DNA of 64,000 nt, from positions 372,001 through 436,000 of the forward strand of contig OZ025707.1 of NCBI GenBank assembly GCA_964019335.1, given 5' to 3'. The translations under genes were made by a program, and so were the position numbers. This document shows positions 20,879 to 31,375 of the stretch, piece by piece (position 1 is the stretch's first letter; each line of letters starts with the position of its first letter). The notes under the pieces are model-generated. The model searched no databases and had not been told where the DNA came from. It saw only the letters and a list, made by a program, of their open reading frames with translations. The stretch is from Diplonema japonicum (taxonomy: Eukaryota > Protista > Euglenozoa: Diplonemea).

Positions 20879-23385
20879 ATGAGTAGCCATGTGAAGCAGA
20901 TATGGGCGATTGTGGGTTTTATCATGTGTTTGGGTGCAGAGGGGCTTTCCACAGCAACCCAAACGCTGACCTTAACAGTTCCAACAGAGACGGGAACCCT
21001 TACCTATACGGTGCCAACGGCGACTGAGTCTGGCTCTGCCACGGTCTCTCTCACAGTGCCGACTGCCACTGTGACGGACTCTGCGAGTGTTTCTTCCAGC
21101 GTCTCTCTGACGATGCCAACGGACACGGCTACACTGCCTACACCTAGTGAGACGTTAACTATGAGTCCTTCAAAGACAAAGAGCCTTACTGGGACGGTCA
21201 CTGCCACAGCGTCTCGTTCAGTTTCACTGACTCACGTGAGTGAGTCGGTCTCGTTGTCGGTAAGCATCACTCCCAGCAACAGCATTTCACCTTCTCCGAC
21301 GTCTTCGCTTAGCAAGACGGCAAGCCTCTCGCTATCCCCCACAGTGTCGTGGACCATCCCCACCCCTACCGCTTCTTATTCTCAGACGCCTTCGCTTTCC
21401 CGCACCTCGACTGTGTCCCTTTCCCGCACCTCAACTATGTCCCTTTCCCTGTCTCGTAGTGTTTTAACGACGCCCACCCCGAGCTTATCTTGGACGTTGT
21501 CCCCTTCAGCTACTGTGTCTTTGACAATCCCGACACGGACCTTGTCCTTGTCGGCTTCACTGTCAGCCACTCGCAGTTCCACTGTTGAGGTGACGATTGT
21601 GGTTCATAGGAGTAAGAGGGTATTGATGACGTTTGACACGGTATGAGGCAAGACAAAAAGAAAGAAGAAAAAAAGAAAAAAAAAATAGACCATCGACACC
21701 TTCAACATCGCCTCTGTGGTGGCGAAGATTCGCACGGCGCTGATCGTCGACAGCAACGTGGACGTCGTGGTGTACAACATAAGAGAGGTGTGTGGAACGA
21801 GAAAAAAAAACAAAAAAAGAAAAAAAAAAAAAAAAACAGGGTTCTGTTTTGGTAGACCTCGCCTTCGAAACCTCTAGTAACAGCAAGGCGAGGGTGGACC
21901 AGCTTGCCGATACGTTGGTGCAGTCTGGGAACGATCCCAGTTCCGCGCTCCGCAACGCAGAGCCGACCTTGCAGAGCACGCAGTTTGTCGGTGAAACATC
22001 TGGTGGCGGTGACGACGGGTTGTCCGAAGGCGAAATCGCTGCTATCATAGTGTCGGCCATCCTCATCGTGGTTGTCATCCTCATCACCGTGTGGCTGCTG
22101 TGCTTCAGAAAGTCCCACCGTGGTGACGGAAGGGAACCCGCACCCGCAGAACGTGCTGGCAGCCCTGCAGAAATGTACGCATCAGACAACGGCTTCCCTG
22201 AAATAAAAGCCGCCCTCGAACGAGAGTACGGTTCGGTGGAGATCGCTGCGGAAAACGCGTACATCGAAGCTGGCACGACACACGACAGGATCCAAGTGGA
22301 TGGTGTCAAGACCATTCTCGAAACAGCTGGTGTGGGCGATCGTTGCAACCACCTCCTTGCGGCATTGGTCATTGTCGATGGTGAAGTCCAGAAATCAGAT
22401 CTGATCAAAACCTTAGGTGGGAACGCTGTTCAACGGGGTTCTGATGAGAACGCACACCTCGAGCTTCTTCGCGGTGTGTTCACACGGGCAGGCGGCGGGC
22501 TCGGTGTTGTTCAAACTTCGCAGTTAACAATCGCGTTGAAACAAGATCCCATGGTGCTGTGGACGTCAACCCCGCAAGGCGACCGACACTGGGGGCAGCC
22601 TGTGATGACCGACATAGCCAACCGCCCGCACAGCTCCGAGATATCCTGGGACGAGTTCAGAACAATGTGCTTGGCGGCGCTGAACGCAGCACACGACACG
22701 AAGCCAAACGCAGTATGGAAAAAACAAAAACAAAAAAAAACCCTTTCATCCCCACACAGAACCCGCTGAGAAACGTTGTCCTGACAGAGGAGACAGCGTT
22801 AGAATTCGAAGAAGGAGACACTGTGGAGGCTCTGTACCATGGGTCATGGTTCGACGCGGTAGTACTGGAGAGGAAAAGGGCTTCTGAAGACCTACCCTCA
22901 GGGGGGTACGTCGTCATGTGGGTGGAGGACGAATCGCGAACTCTCGTGAGGGTATTTTTTTTTTTTTTTTTTTTTTTTTCCAAAAAAAAATTTTTTTTTT
23001 TTAAAAACAGAGAGAGGAAGTTCGTGCCAGGGAAACAGCGCCATCACGACCGGCATCATCAGCACAAGCTCCTTTGCCCGAGTTTTCTGCGGACGAGCCT
23101 GTCACAGTTTTCTGGAACGATGGGTGGTACAGTGGGAAGATAGCCGGACCACCTACTTCAAGAGGCACGTATACCGTTCAATGGCCCGATGAGACTGTTA
23201 CTGACGATGTTGAGACTACAGCAATTCGGCACTTAACGACCCCCATCGAGATCACTTGCGGGTCATGCAAAGCGAGCATTGAGGGGCAGCCTGATACAAT
23301 TGCCACCTGTCCGAAATGCCAGGAGGCGGCATCCTTTGTGCCTGCTGATCTGCAAACTCCTCCTCAGATTGACTTGCAAAGGTAA
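20879..23385 (+). CDS. Type-I membrane protein: signal peptide, Ser/Thr mucin-like stalk, TM helix, cytoplasmic Tudor-like domains and CxxC-CxxC ribbon (exons 20879-21640, 21689-21787, 21840-22712, 22760-22951, 23011-23385)
   Basis: Hydrophobic N-terminus, TM segment IAAIIVSAILIVVVILITVWLLCF, FEEGDTVEALYHGSWFDAVV, VTVFWNDGWYSGKI and CGSC...CPKC. All four GT-AG introns keep frame. Confidence 0.8.
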
Positions 23386-23522
23386 CAAAAATTAAAAGAA
23401 ATAAAATGGAAAAGGGGCAAAACCGAACGAATAGAAAGAAATAATCTTCTCTGAAAATAACCTTTTTTCTTCTTCTTTTTTTTTTTTTTTTTGTTCCGTC
23501 CCAGACAATAGAAAGGAGTGGC

Positions 23523-23562
<40 letters not shown>

Positions 23563-24043
23563 GAGGGGGAGTATGTCACAACACTGACTTTTTAAAAAAA
23601 AGAAAAAGAAGAAAAAAAAAAAAAGAAACGAGGGTCTGAAAATGACTTTAAAAAATTGTCTTTTTTTTTTTATATTGATGTGTTGGCCTATGTCCTGCTT
23701 TTTTCTTTTAACTGTGGAAACAAAGAGAAAAAGAACGAACGAAAAAAAAAAGAGTCCCCCTCCTCTCCCCCCCTTTAGTAGTAACTGTAGCACCCTATTT
23801 TACACACACAACGTGACCCCCCCACTTTTTTCTTCTTTTTTTTGTTCCTTTCGTCATATATACCTTATTATTGGGTACCCTTTCATTTTCGTTGTTGTTG
23901 TGATTGTATTCTTTTTTTGACGCTTTTTTTTTTTTATATAAGACAAGAAGAAAAGAAAATTCCCCCAAACAGAAGGGGCGCTGGTGGGAGGTAAAGTGGA
24001 GAGGGGAGGGGGGGAGGTGGAAAAAAGAAAACGAAAAAAGAAA

Positions 24044-25459
24044 ATGCATGTAAACATTGCATTAGAGCTATATGGAAGCAAACAAAACCTAGAGTTCTCA
24101 TTCCCAGAGGGTGTTGGGCTACAAGACCTTAAAGCAGTAGTAAGCGAAGCCTTCCAGATAGAGTCCACAGTCCAACGCCCACCAGGCACACAAACACAAG
24201 CCGTCGTAGTAGAAGACCTGGAGCTGTATGACCCCGCTAACCGAAGATGGGTAAGAATAGACGAGCGCAGTATATCTCAAATCGGAAGCGGCTCGCAACT
24301 GTACGTGTTTCAGCCGAACAGTATAGACGATCAGGGAAGGATCCCTCCAGCACGGCCAGCACCTTTAATCACACGGAAGAACATCCTGCCTGAGGTTGAC
24401 GTCATTCCTGCGATATCCCCCCAGAAGCCGAAAATACCAGCACCTTCCACTCCTGTTGGTGCGGTAACAAGGGCGTACCCTCGTACTCTATCGCCTGATC
24501 CCGAGCCGAAGACCGAGCACCACTACCACCACCACCATCATCATCACCATCATCATGATCAGCAGTCGCTTGACAATGTGGAGCAGACGACGGAGCCACC
24601 CAGGTCGGCAACACGGTATTCGCCAGAACCGGTGCAGCGTCATCAAAAAATGCAGCCCCCGTTCAAACCTGTCAGGGTGGTGCTTGTCTTTGGTGTTTCG
24701 CATGGTACGTTGGGCGAAGCGGCTGTTCAATGGCTTGCCAATGCGGCCGCCGACCCTTCCTGTCAACACCGTTACACCATCCTCGCGTGTGGGCGGAACG
24801 AGCAGGTTCTTAAGGAATTCAAGACTCAGATGCAGGCCGTGCACTTCTACTCGATCGATGTGCTCGACGGCACCGGGCTGGAGCACTTCGCGAACAAGGT
24901 GTACCAGCAGCACGGGCCACCACATCTGATCCTCAACGCTGTCGGACAGTCTCTTCCGCCTGTTATGTTCGAAAAGATGTCTGTTTCCGACTTCGATCTA
25001 GTGCTTGACACAATGGTTAAGGGGGCCGCCAATATCTGCCGTGCCTTTGTTGGGATGATGGCCTCCTCTCCGCCAGGTGAGGGGTACGAGGGTGTTGTTG
25101 TGAACTTCTCTTCCAACTGGGGGCGGACCGCCATTGACGGCCACTCTGCACTCTGCACTGCCAAATGGGCAGTCGAAGGCCTTTCCAAATCCATCGCACA
25201 GGAGCTTCCACCTCATGTTGCCGTGATCCCCTGCAACCCTGGAGCAGTGAACACAACAGGTCTCAAGACGCTCGTTGGCCCCGACAGGGCAACAGATGCG
25301 CCGTCCCCTGCCGACTGGGCGGCCGTCGCCCTTCCTTTTCTTCTGTCCCTCTCGCCGAAGGACAACGGCCGATCGCTGACCTGCCCCGGTGCGCCCACCC
25401 ACCATTATGACAATGCTCTGCAGACTACAAAGCCTATGTGGGCATTGGGGTTCCATTAG
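24044..25459 (+). CDS. BILBO1 N-terminal-like domain fused via a His-tract linker to a short-chain dehydrogenase/reductase domain
   Basis: N-terminus LYGSKQNLEFSFP...AFQIE...RP...YD...W...QLYVFQP...IPPA follows the trypanosome BILBO1_N pattern. The SDR part has FGVSHGTLG, LILNAVG, VNFSSNWGR and NPGAVNT. Confidence 0.85.
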   Translation: MHVNIALELYGSKQNLEFSFPEGVGLQDLKAVVSEAFQIESTVQRPPGTQTQAVVVEDLELYDPANRRWVRIDERSISQIGSGSQLYVFQPNSIDDQGRIPPARPAPLITRKNILPEVDVIPAISPQKPKIPAPSTPVGAVTRAYPRTLSPDPEPKTEHHYHHHHHHHHHHDQQSLDNVEQTTEPPRSATRYSPEPVQRHQKMQPPFKPVRVVLVFGVSHGTLGEAAVQWLANAAADPSCQHRYTILACGRNEQVLKEFKTQMQAVHFYSIDVLDGTGLEHFANKVYQQHGPPHLILNAVGQSLPPVMFEKMSVSDFDLVLDTMVKGAANICRAFVGMMASSPPGEGYEGVVVNFSSNWGRTAIDGHSALCTAKWAVEGLSKSIAQELPPHVAVIPCNPGAVNTTGLKTLVGPDRATDAPSPADWAAVALPFLLSLSPKDNGRSLTCPGAPTHHYDNALQTTKPMWALGFH

Positions 25460-25554
25460 AGAGATGCCCTTCCCCTTTTTTTGATAGATTTTATTTCCCC
25501 CCCCCCCCACGCCTGTAGATTTTTTCTTCTCTTTTTTTCTTTCCTTTTATTATT

Positions 25555-25605
25555 GCAAGAACGGGGTTTTTTACCCGGCGCGTACAAACAATGGGCCAGT
25601 TCCTC
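25555..25605 (-). repeat. Short SINE-like dispersed repeat, family C copy 2 (internally deleted)
   Basis: GCAAGAACG...TTTTACCCGGCGCGTACAAACAATGGGCCAGTTCCTC. Confidence 0.8.
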
Positions 25606-25736
25606 TTTCCATTTCTTGTTTTTTTCCCCACCACTGCTGTTTGTTTTTTTTCCTTTTATATATATATTTTTTTTAAAAAAAAGGTTTTTATTTCCTTTTT
25701 GCTTTTTCAATTTCACACAGGAGACGGGGAGAGAAT

Positions 25737-27602
25737 ATGAAAAACTGGCGGCCACCGGGAGGGCCGAAGAAGGAAGTAAACCCGTCCAGCAAGCAAGGAC
25801 ACGGAAGCCCTGTGTGGGTGGTCACGGAGGACATGCGCAAGGTGCAAACCGAAGAGATAACGAAAAGGTGGAAGAGCTGGAAGAAGGAGTGGGACAGGAG
25901 GGTGGGCCTATTGGAGGAGAGGTACGAGTCGGAGAAACGAGTCTTGGGCAACGAAGGGCTGGCGAACAACGCGAGCATACTGTTGCTGGCGGAGTGCGTG
26001 GTGAGGGCACAAGGCGTCATGGACGAGGCAAACGAGGAAAGAGAACACATACAGCAGAATTTCTTTTTGGAACTCTGCTCGTTAGACAGGCGGCCACCAG
26101 CAAAGGGCACGGACCCTGACGATATAAAAGATCAAAAACCAACACCAGTAAATCTCCCTGCCCTCTCAGACGACCAACTCTTATCTGTCGCATCTGTCCT
26201 GCAAGTATCCTCGAAAGCAAATCCCCAAAAAGAAAAAGAAATAGGAGGGGTTTCCCGCGCGCACCTGAACAAAATCTACTCTTGGATCAACAGCTCCTAC
26301 AACGACAAACCGGGGACGATTTTGGACGAGCTCCTCACAAATTTAAGCTCCCCCCCGGAGGTCTCAAAGATCCTGAAGCTCCAAATCATCTCCCTCACCG
26401 CAGCCCGTTTATGGGACACAAAACGGCAATACTACAAGGGCAAGTCTCGGATCGAACTGCTGGTCATGCTTCTGTACACAATGGCGGGTCCTGATATTGA
26501 TAAATTGATGGCGTTCCAGCCTGTTCCCGACTATGACACACAGCCCGAAGAATGGCAGGCGTACGTAAAGGAGAAAACCCCTTTGAGGAATAAACCGATT
26601 TTCGCGGAGATTAACTGGGCGATCCGAACGGCCCCGCTCGACAATGAAAGCGCGGAGCAGTACGTGGTGATGCGGAGGTGGTTGAAATTCATCGTTGTCC
26701 TGACAAATGTATCGTCAAAACCATATGTGGCTGGCCCAGACCTTGCACGCGGGCTTGCCGGGCTTCCTCTTGATCTTGTGGACGACTATAAGAATCTTCA
26801 CAAGGGCTCGGTTTTCAGATGGGGCGCGCCTTCCAGTTGTGCGTTCGACCCTTCCATCAGCAAGGCGTACATTTCCGGCGACGCCGCTAACGCGACCAAA
26901 ACCAGCAGCACTACAAAAGGGATCTTGTTCATGGTGCGCAAGGTGGAGCAAGGCGTTCCTTTGCAGCAGATCTCAAAGTACCCTAAAGAGGCGGAGCTTC
27001 TTCTCCCGCCAATGTCCGAGTTCACCATTGACAGTGTGTCTGATGACCACCCGCAGTATCTTACAGTAACGTGTTACTTCCGTGGTGGGGTCGTTGATAG
27101 AGACGCAGCGATATTGAAGGATATCAAGGTGGAATGCACGGAGGACTCGAAAAGGCTTGTGAGCTTGGCGAAGGAAGCGCCTGTTCTTCCAGATGGTGTT
27201 GCTGGTGCCAAGCAGCAGACGCTCCACCATCACACCGGCTGTAGTTTCATCAGAATGCGCTGGCCCACAGGCGCCATTGAGCTCGGTGAAAATGCGGTTG
27301 AGAAACGACGGAAAACCTTCCCTCCTGTGTCGCCCCGTCTCATGCGCCCTACAGCGTCGCTTCAAAAGAAGAGGGTGGAGAAGAAGAAGAAGGTGGAGAC
27401 GTGTGAGGAGTTGAAGCCGAAGGTTCTTTTTTGCAGTGCGCCTGCGAGGCAGGTCCACGGGTGTTCCCCCTCGCTCCTCACACCAACCGCCGCCTCACGT
27501 GAAAGGATCACCGCTACAAGGTTGGCGCTGCGTGCGTCGCGCAACGAAGCTGTGCAGGAAGCCAGCCGCACCCCTTCGAAACAACGGTTCACGGTCTTGT
27601 AG
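25737..27602 (+). CDS. Protein with a mono-ADP-ribosyltransferase (R-S-E clade, ART-like) domain
   Basis: LARGL (R), WGAPSSCA (S-x-S-like) and ISKYPKEAELLLPP (E-x-E); N-terminal coiled coil, no signal peptide. Confidence 0.8.
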   Translation: MKNWRPPGGPKKEVNPSSKQGHGSPVWVVTEDMRKVQTEEITKRWKSWKKEWDRRVGLLEERYESEKRVLGNEGLANNASILLLAECVVRAQGVMDEANEEREHIQQNFFLELCSLDRRPPAKGTDPDDIKDQKPTPVNLPALSDDQLLSVASVLQVSSKANPQKEKEIGGVSRAHLNKIYSWINSSYNDKPGTILDELLTNLSSPPEVSKILKLQIISLTAARLWDTKRQYYKGKSRIELLVMLLYTMAGPDIDKLMAFQPVPDYDTQPEEWQAYVKEKTPLRNKPIFAEINWAIRTAPLDNESAEQYVVMRRWLKFIVVLTNVSSKPYVAGPDLARGLAGLPLDLVDDYKNLHKGSVFRWGAPSSCAFDPSISKAYISGDAANATKTSSTTKGILFMVRKVEQGVPLQQISKYPKEAELLLPPMSEFTIDSVSDDHPQYLTVTCYFRGGVVDRDAAILKDIKVECTEDSKRLVSLAKEAPVLPDGVAGAKQQTLHHHTGCSFIRMRWPTGAIELGENAVEKRRKTFPPVSPRLMRPTASLQKKRVEKKKKVETCEELKPKVLFCSAPARQVHGCSPSLLTPTAASRERITATRLALRASRNEAVQEASRTPSKQRFTVL

Positions 27603-27843
27603 TGAGGTAGTTTTTTTTTTTTTTTTTCATTTTTTGTTTGTTTCTTTTTCTTTTTCAAATGTTGTACCCCCTATCCCTCCCCTCTCCCCCCCCCCTTTTT
27701 TTCTGTTGAAAATTATTGTAATATTGTGCAAAAAAAAGTAAGAGGGGGGGGGGGGGGGGAATGGGTCTTGTCTCTCTTTTGTTCGTTTGTATTCCATTTC
27801 TTTAAAAAAGAAAAAAAATACAAATTTTGCAAATTCACTTTAA

Positions 27844-29613
27844 CCATCTACCAACGAGCGTCTTTACAGAGACGATTTGAAAAAGAATCTTTTGCGCAAA
27901 GGGCTTTCAATGCAATACAGCCCGGACACTTCTCGCATCCGGGGTCCTGCGCGGAAAATATGAAAAATATAAACTAAATGCTGCCCTAACTTTGCAAGAA
28001 AATGAAAAAATAAAAAAAAACGCCAGCCCAAATTTACCCTTAAAAATCACTTCAAAAAAGGGCACCCAGAAAGAGGCCGGAAGAGGACATTATGAGTGAT
28101 GGCAGCACTGATGGCTCATCCCTATTATGCAATTTTGATACGAACAGTGATTCTGATTCGAATTCGACCGATTCCGAGTCACAGCGGCAAAGCCGGAGCA
28201 GTTGGAAGGCATCCGGTTTCGTGAAGATCGGAATCCTTGTGGACCCTGTTTTGACATCAGAGGCTCAACGCCATACCATATATTCTCCCAAATGCTCGTC
28301 CCAAACGTTATTCGGGTCATAACTTCGAACAATGTGGCAAATGCGGCTAAAAAAGGTGTTTCCCTGGATCTCGATGCTGCTTCTCTGCATACCTTCCTAG
28401 GTGCCCTTTTGTCGATGGACTTGGATATCAAGCCAGATTATTCTGACTACTGGCGCACTGGCTCCACGCCTCTCAACCACACCCCTGGGTACGCCACCGT
28501 CATGTCAAGAGACCGCTTTTTGAATATTCTGGGAAATCTGTGTTTCCACAGCGAAACAAACAAGCGTGCTGACTTCTACCTATCGCGAAGGCCTCCCGGA
28601 GATCACGGATGCCCCAAAGAAGCGAGGCTGCAAGCCCAAGGACGCGCACCCTGTGGGGACACCCAGTTCCACCAGCACGTGAGCATCCTTTGCACCACAA
28701 CGTGGCATGACATCAAGCTTGTGCGCTTTCTGTCGACGTTGGATGTTCTGGTGAAGTCAAATTTGGCGTGTCGGCCAAAAGAGAATGAAAGCCGGAGGCC
28801 CTCCAGAAAGGACATCCCGCTCCCCACCAAGTGCATATTTACAACTCTGCAATGGGCGGAACCGACGCTGGGTGACGCTGTGACAAAACGCCATAAACGC
28901 ACCCTTATGACTTCGAAGTGGCCCCTGAAAGTATTTTCGTACTTGTTAGATAGATCTCTGGCAAATGCCCGGCTTGTTTAGAAAGAAGCATTGCCCCCAA
29001 CACCCTGAGTATGAACGACAGTGGATTCACGCCTTTCAAAGAGGCAGTCATTGAAGGGCTACTAGGGAGGCTGCCCAAACAACAGCTAAAGTCAACTACA
29101 GAGCAGGCTGCCCCAATACCATGCCCCGAAACACAGAACGAGTGCCCTGAGGCCCCAATGCGACGCGACAGTACCTTCTGGGACCATTTCCCCGCAACGT
29201 GCGGTGCAAGCATTGCAAGTCGAAAAGACCCCTATTTCAGTGTTCAGCCTGCTTGGTACAACCTTGCGTGACTCCGGGCTTCAAAGACTACCACCTTGCC
29301 GGGGACCCCCCAGAAACCCCTCTCGGGGTCAAAAAAGAAGTCCCCCAGCCCTGGGGCACGTACGAACCGCGTCAAAAAGGCCTTAAATAGCTTTTATAGA
29401 ATTTTACAGTCGATTTTTTTTGACTTGTTTTTTGTACCCCCTCTCGAGCACTTCGGGAACGATATTTTTGGGGGTGGGCCCTGCTGTGGGCACCCTCTCT
29501 CTAGAATTGGGACATCTGGAGGCATTTCCGGGGGCATATAGCCTAGAATAGTTTTTTTTTGAAGTTTTGAAAATTTACCCCCTGGTGGGCAAAAATGGTC
29601 CGTTGGTAGATGG
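27844..29613 (+). mobile_element. piggyBac-family DNA transposon, internally deleted
   Basis: Perfect 13-bp TIRs CCATCTACCAACG (27844-27856) and CGTTGGTAGATGG (29601-29613), each flanked by TTAA, with transposase remnants inside. Confidence 0.95.
28092..29390 (+). pseudogene. piggyBac transposase pseudogene
   Basis: DYW...MSRDRFLNIL, WHDIKLVRFLST, YNSAMGG(T)D, KWPLKVFSYLLD and C-terminal CKHC...CSAC...C...YH. Multiple frameshifts; the first two catalytic Asp segments are missing. Confidence 0.9.
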
Positions 29614-29660
29614 TTAAAAAAAAGGGGGAAGAGGTGGGGAAAAAAAAAAGAAAAAAGAAA

Positions 29661-30182
29661 ATGCCCCCGTTACACGATTTCTATGAAGTGCTTGGTGTGA
29701 ACCCCACCTCGAACACAGCTGTGATAAAAAAGGCGTATAGAGAGAAAGTGCTGCGCTGCCACCCTGACAAGGGGGTTATAGGGTGCAGGAAGGAGTTTGA
29801 TAAGGTTCAAAGTGCGTACGAGGTGCTGGGTGACACAGTGCTGAGAAGCCGCTACGACGGCGAAAGAAAGATTGAAAAACAAAAATCGGAGGCAAAAAGT
29901 ACGAGGAAGCGTCCCCTAGAGGAGGTAGGAAGGCACCAATGCGTCAACATCAAGCAAGCCAGGCTGGAGGCAGAACGACAAAATCTCAGCAGGGAGCGCG
30001 AGCTTGTCGCACTTCGAGAAGCTCTTCGCCAAGAGGCCATCTCTTACTACACCGAACTCACCGCTCTGAAAACAAAGGTCGAGGTGAAGCAGTCCAACTA
30101 CATCAAGGTCCTCGAAAGGCGTCGAATGCTAGCAAACTTGACCCTTAAGACTGTTGGCGCTGCGTTTTTGAGGGCGGCTTGA
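29661..30182 (+). CDS. DnaJ (J-domain) protein with C-terminal coiled coil
   Basis: DFYEVLGV...IKKAYR...CHPDK...AYEVLGD...RSRYD. Confidence 0.92.
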   Translation: MPPLHDFYEVLGVNPTSNTAVIKKAYREKVLRCHPDKGVIGCRKEFDKVQSAYEVLGDTVLRSRYDGERKIEKQKSEAKSTRKRPLEEVGRHQCVNIKQARLEAERQNLSRERELVALREALRQEAISYYTELTALKTKVEVKQSNYIKVLERRRMLANLTLKTVGAAFLRAA

Positions 30183-30273
30183 TTTTTTTTTTTTTTTTAT
30201 AAACTTCCCATAACTTTTAAAAAAGATTATTTGGGGGCGTCTCACAAAGACTTCCTTTAACTCATATATATTA

Positions 30274-30876
30274 TTTTATTTCACTCTTCAGAAATTACTT
30301 CACGCACTGGGGGGCCCATTACTTCACGCTAAATCTCATTACTTCACGGTGAAATAATGGCCTGTTTTCCGTGAAGTAATAGGGGGTTTCCGTTAAATAA
30401 TATGCCTCGGTAGGTCAATTTTTGCCTCGGTTCGGTTCCCAGTGGGGCTACTTTTTCCTCTCAGTTTGCTATTTCCCCCCTGGTTCAGCTCAATTGGCCA
30501 ACTTTTGCCTCGGCTCAGTTCCAAGTTGGACTACTTTTTCCTCCCAATTTGCCCACTTTTGGCTAGGCCTTGTTCCCAGTTTCTGTGGGTAACTCTTCTG
30601 TGGGTAAGGGTAACTTAGTCAGCTTACCCAAGCTCCCCAAAAGACTTCAAAATACCGAAGCAGCAGAAAAAAAGGAGCCAGCGGCCGCGCTAGGTTTGAG
30701 AAGGCCTGATTAGAGATGGTGACAGTGGCAATGCCAGCGACAGCGGCAGCTCTTAGTCAACAAAAGGAGGAAAAACAACTTGTATTGTAACCTTTGTAAC
30801 CCCTCTCTTGTTGTACCCCTTGTCACCCTGTTGTGCCCCTCGTGGTGAAGTAATTTCAGAGTGTCGTGAAATAAAA
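30274..30876. mobile_element. MITE-like non-coding element with imperfect terminal inverted repeats
   Basis: Left TTTTATTTCAC..GAAATTACTTCAC versus right GTGAAGTAATTTC..GTGAAATAAAA; subterminal ATTACTTCACG three times plus an inverted copy; internal ~55-bp direct repeats near 30416 and 30499. Confidence 0.65.
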
Positions 30877-30880
30877 CCAC

Positions 30881-31009
30881 TTACCTACCGCCAAGTAATG
30901 CTTTACCGACCTCTCGGTTCCGCAATTTATCATCTCGGGCCCTGCGGGCCCTCGACGGTAAAATGCGGAACCTCGAGGTAACGGTAAAGTCATTACTTGT
31001 TGGCAGTAA
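30881..31009. repeat. Long imperfect palindrome / hairpin
   Basis: Nested pairs CAAGTAATG/CATTACTTG, CTTTACCG/CGGTAAAG, ACCTC/GAGGT, GGTTCCGCA/TGCGGAACC and GGGCCC-TGC-GGGCCC. Confidence 0.9.
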
Positions 31010-31099
31010 ATAGCTATTTCTTGTGAGTTTCAATCGAGCCACACGACCGATGAAAGAAAAGCTTCATTTACCATTCTCCCCTCTCATTCGGATTGCTAT

Positions 31100-31133
<34 letters not shown>

Positions 31134-31375
31134 TTACACTCCAGCCTTTTTTTTTCTTCTTGGACTGGGAAAGAAAAACCAATATTTACCATTCCCCCCC
31201 CCCCCCCCCTTCCCCATATTAAACTTTTTTCATATTTTTTTTTTAAAGAAAGAATTTGTGTGGTCACCAGAAAAACACTGGCCTCCTTTTATCTCATTTA
31301 CATTACATTTTAAAAATATTATTTCTTCGGCTCCGAAAAAAAAAAAGAAAAAAAAAAGAAAAGAAAAAGAAAAAG

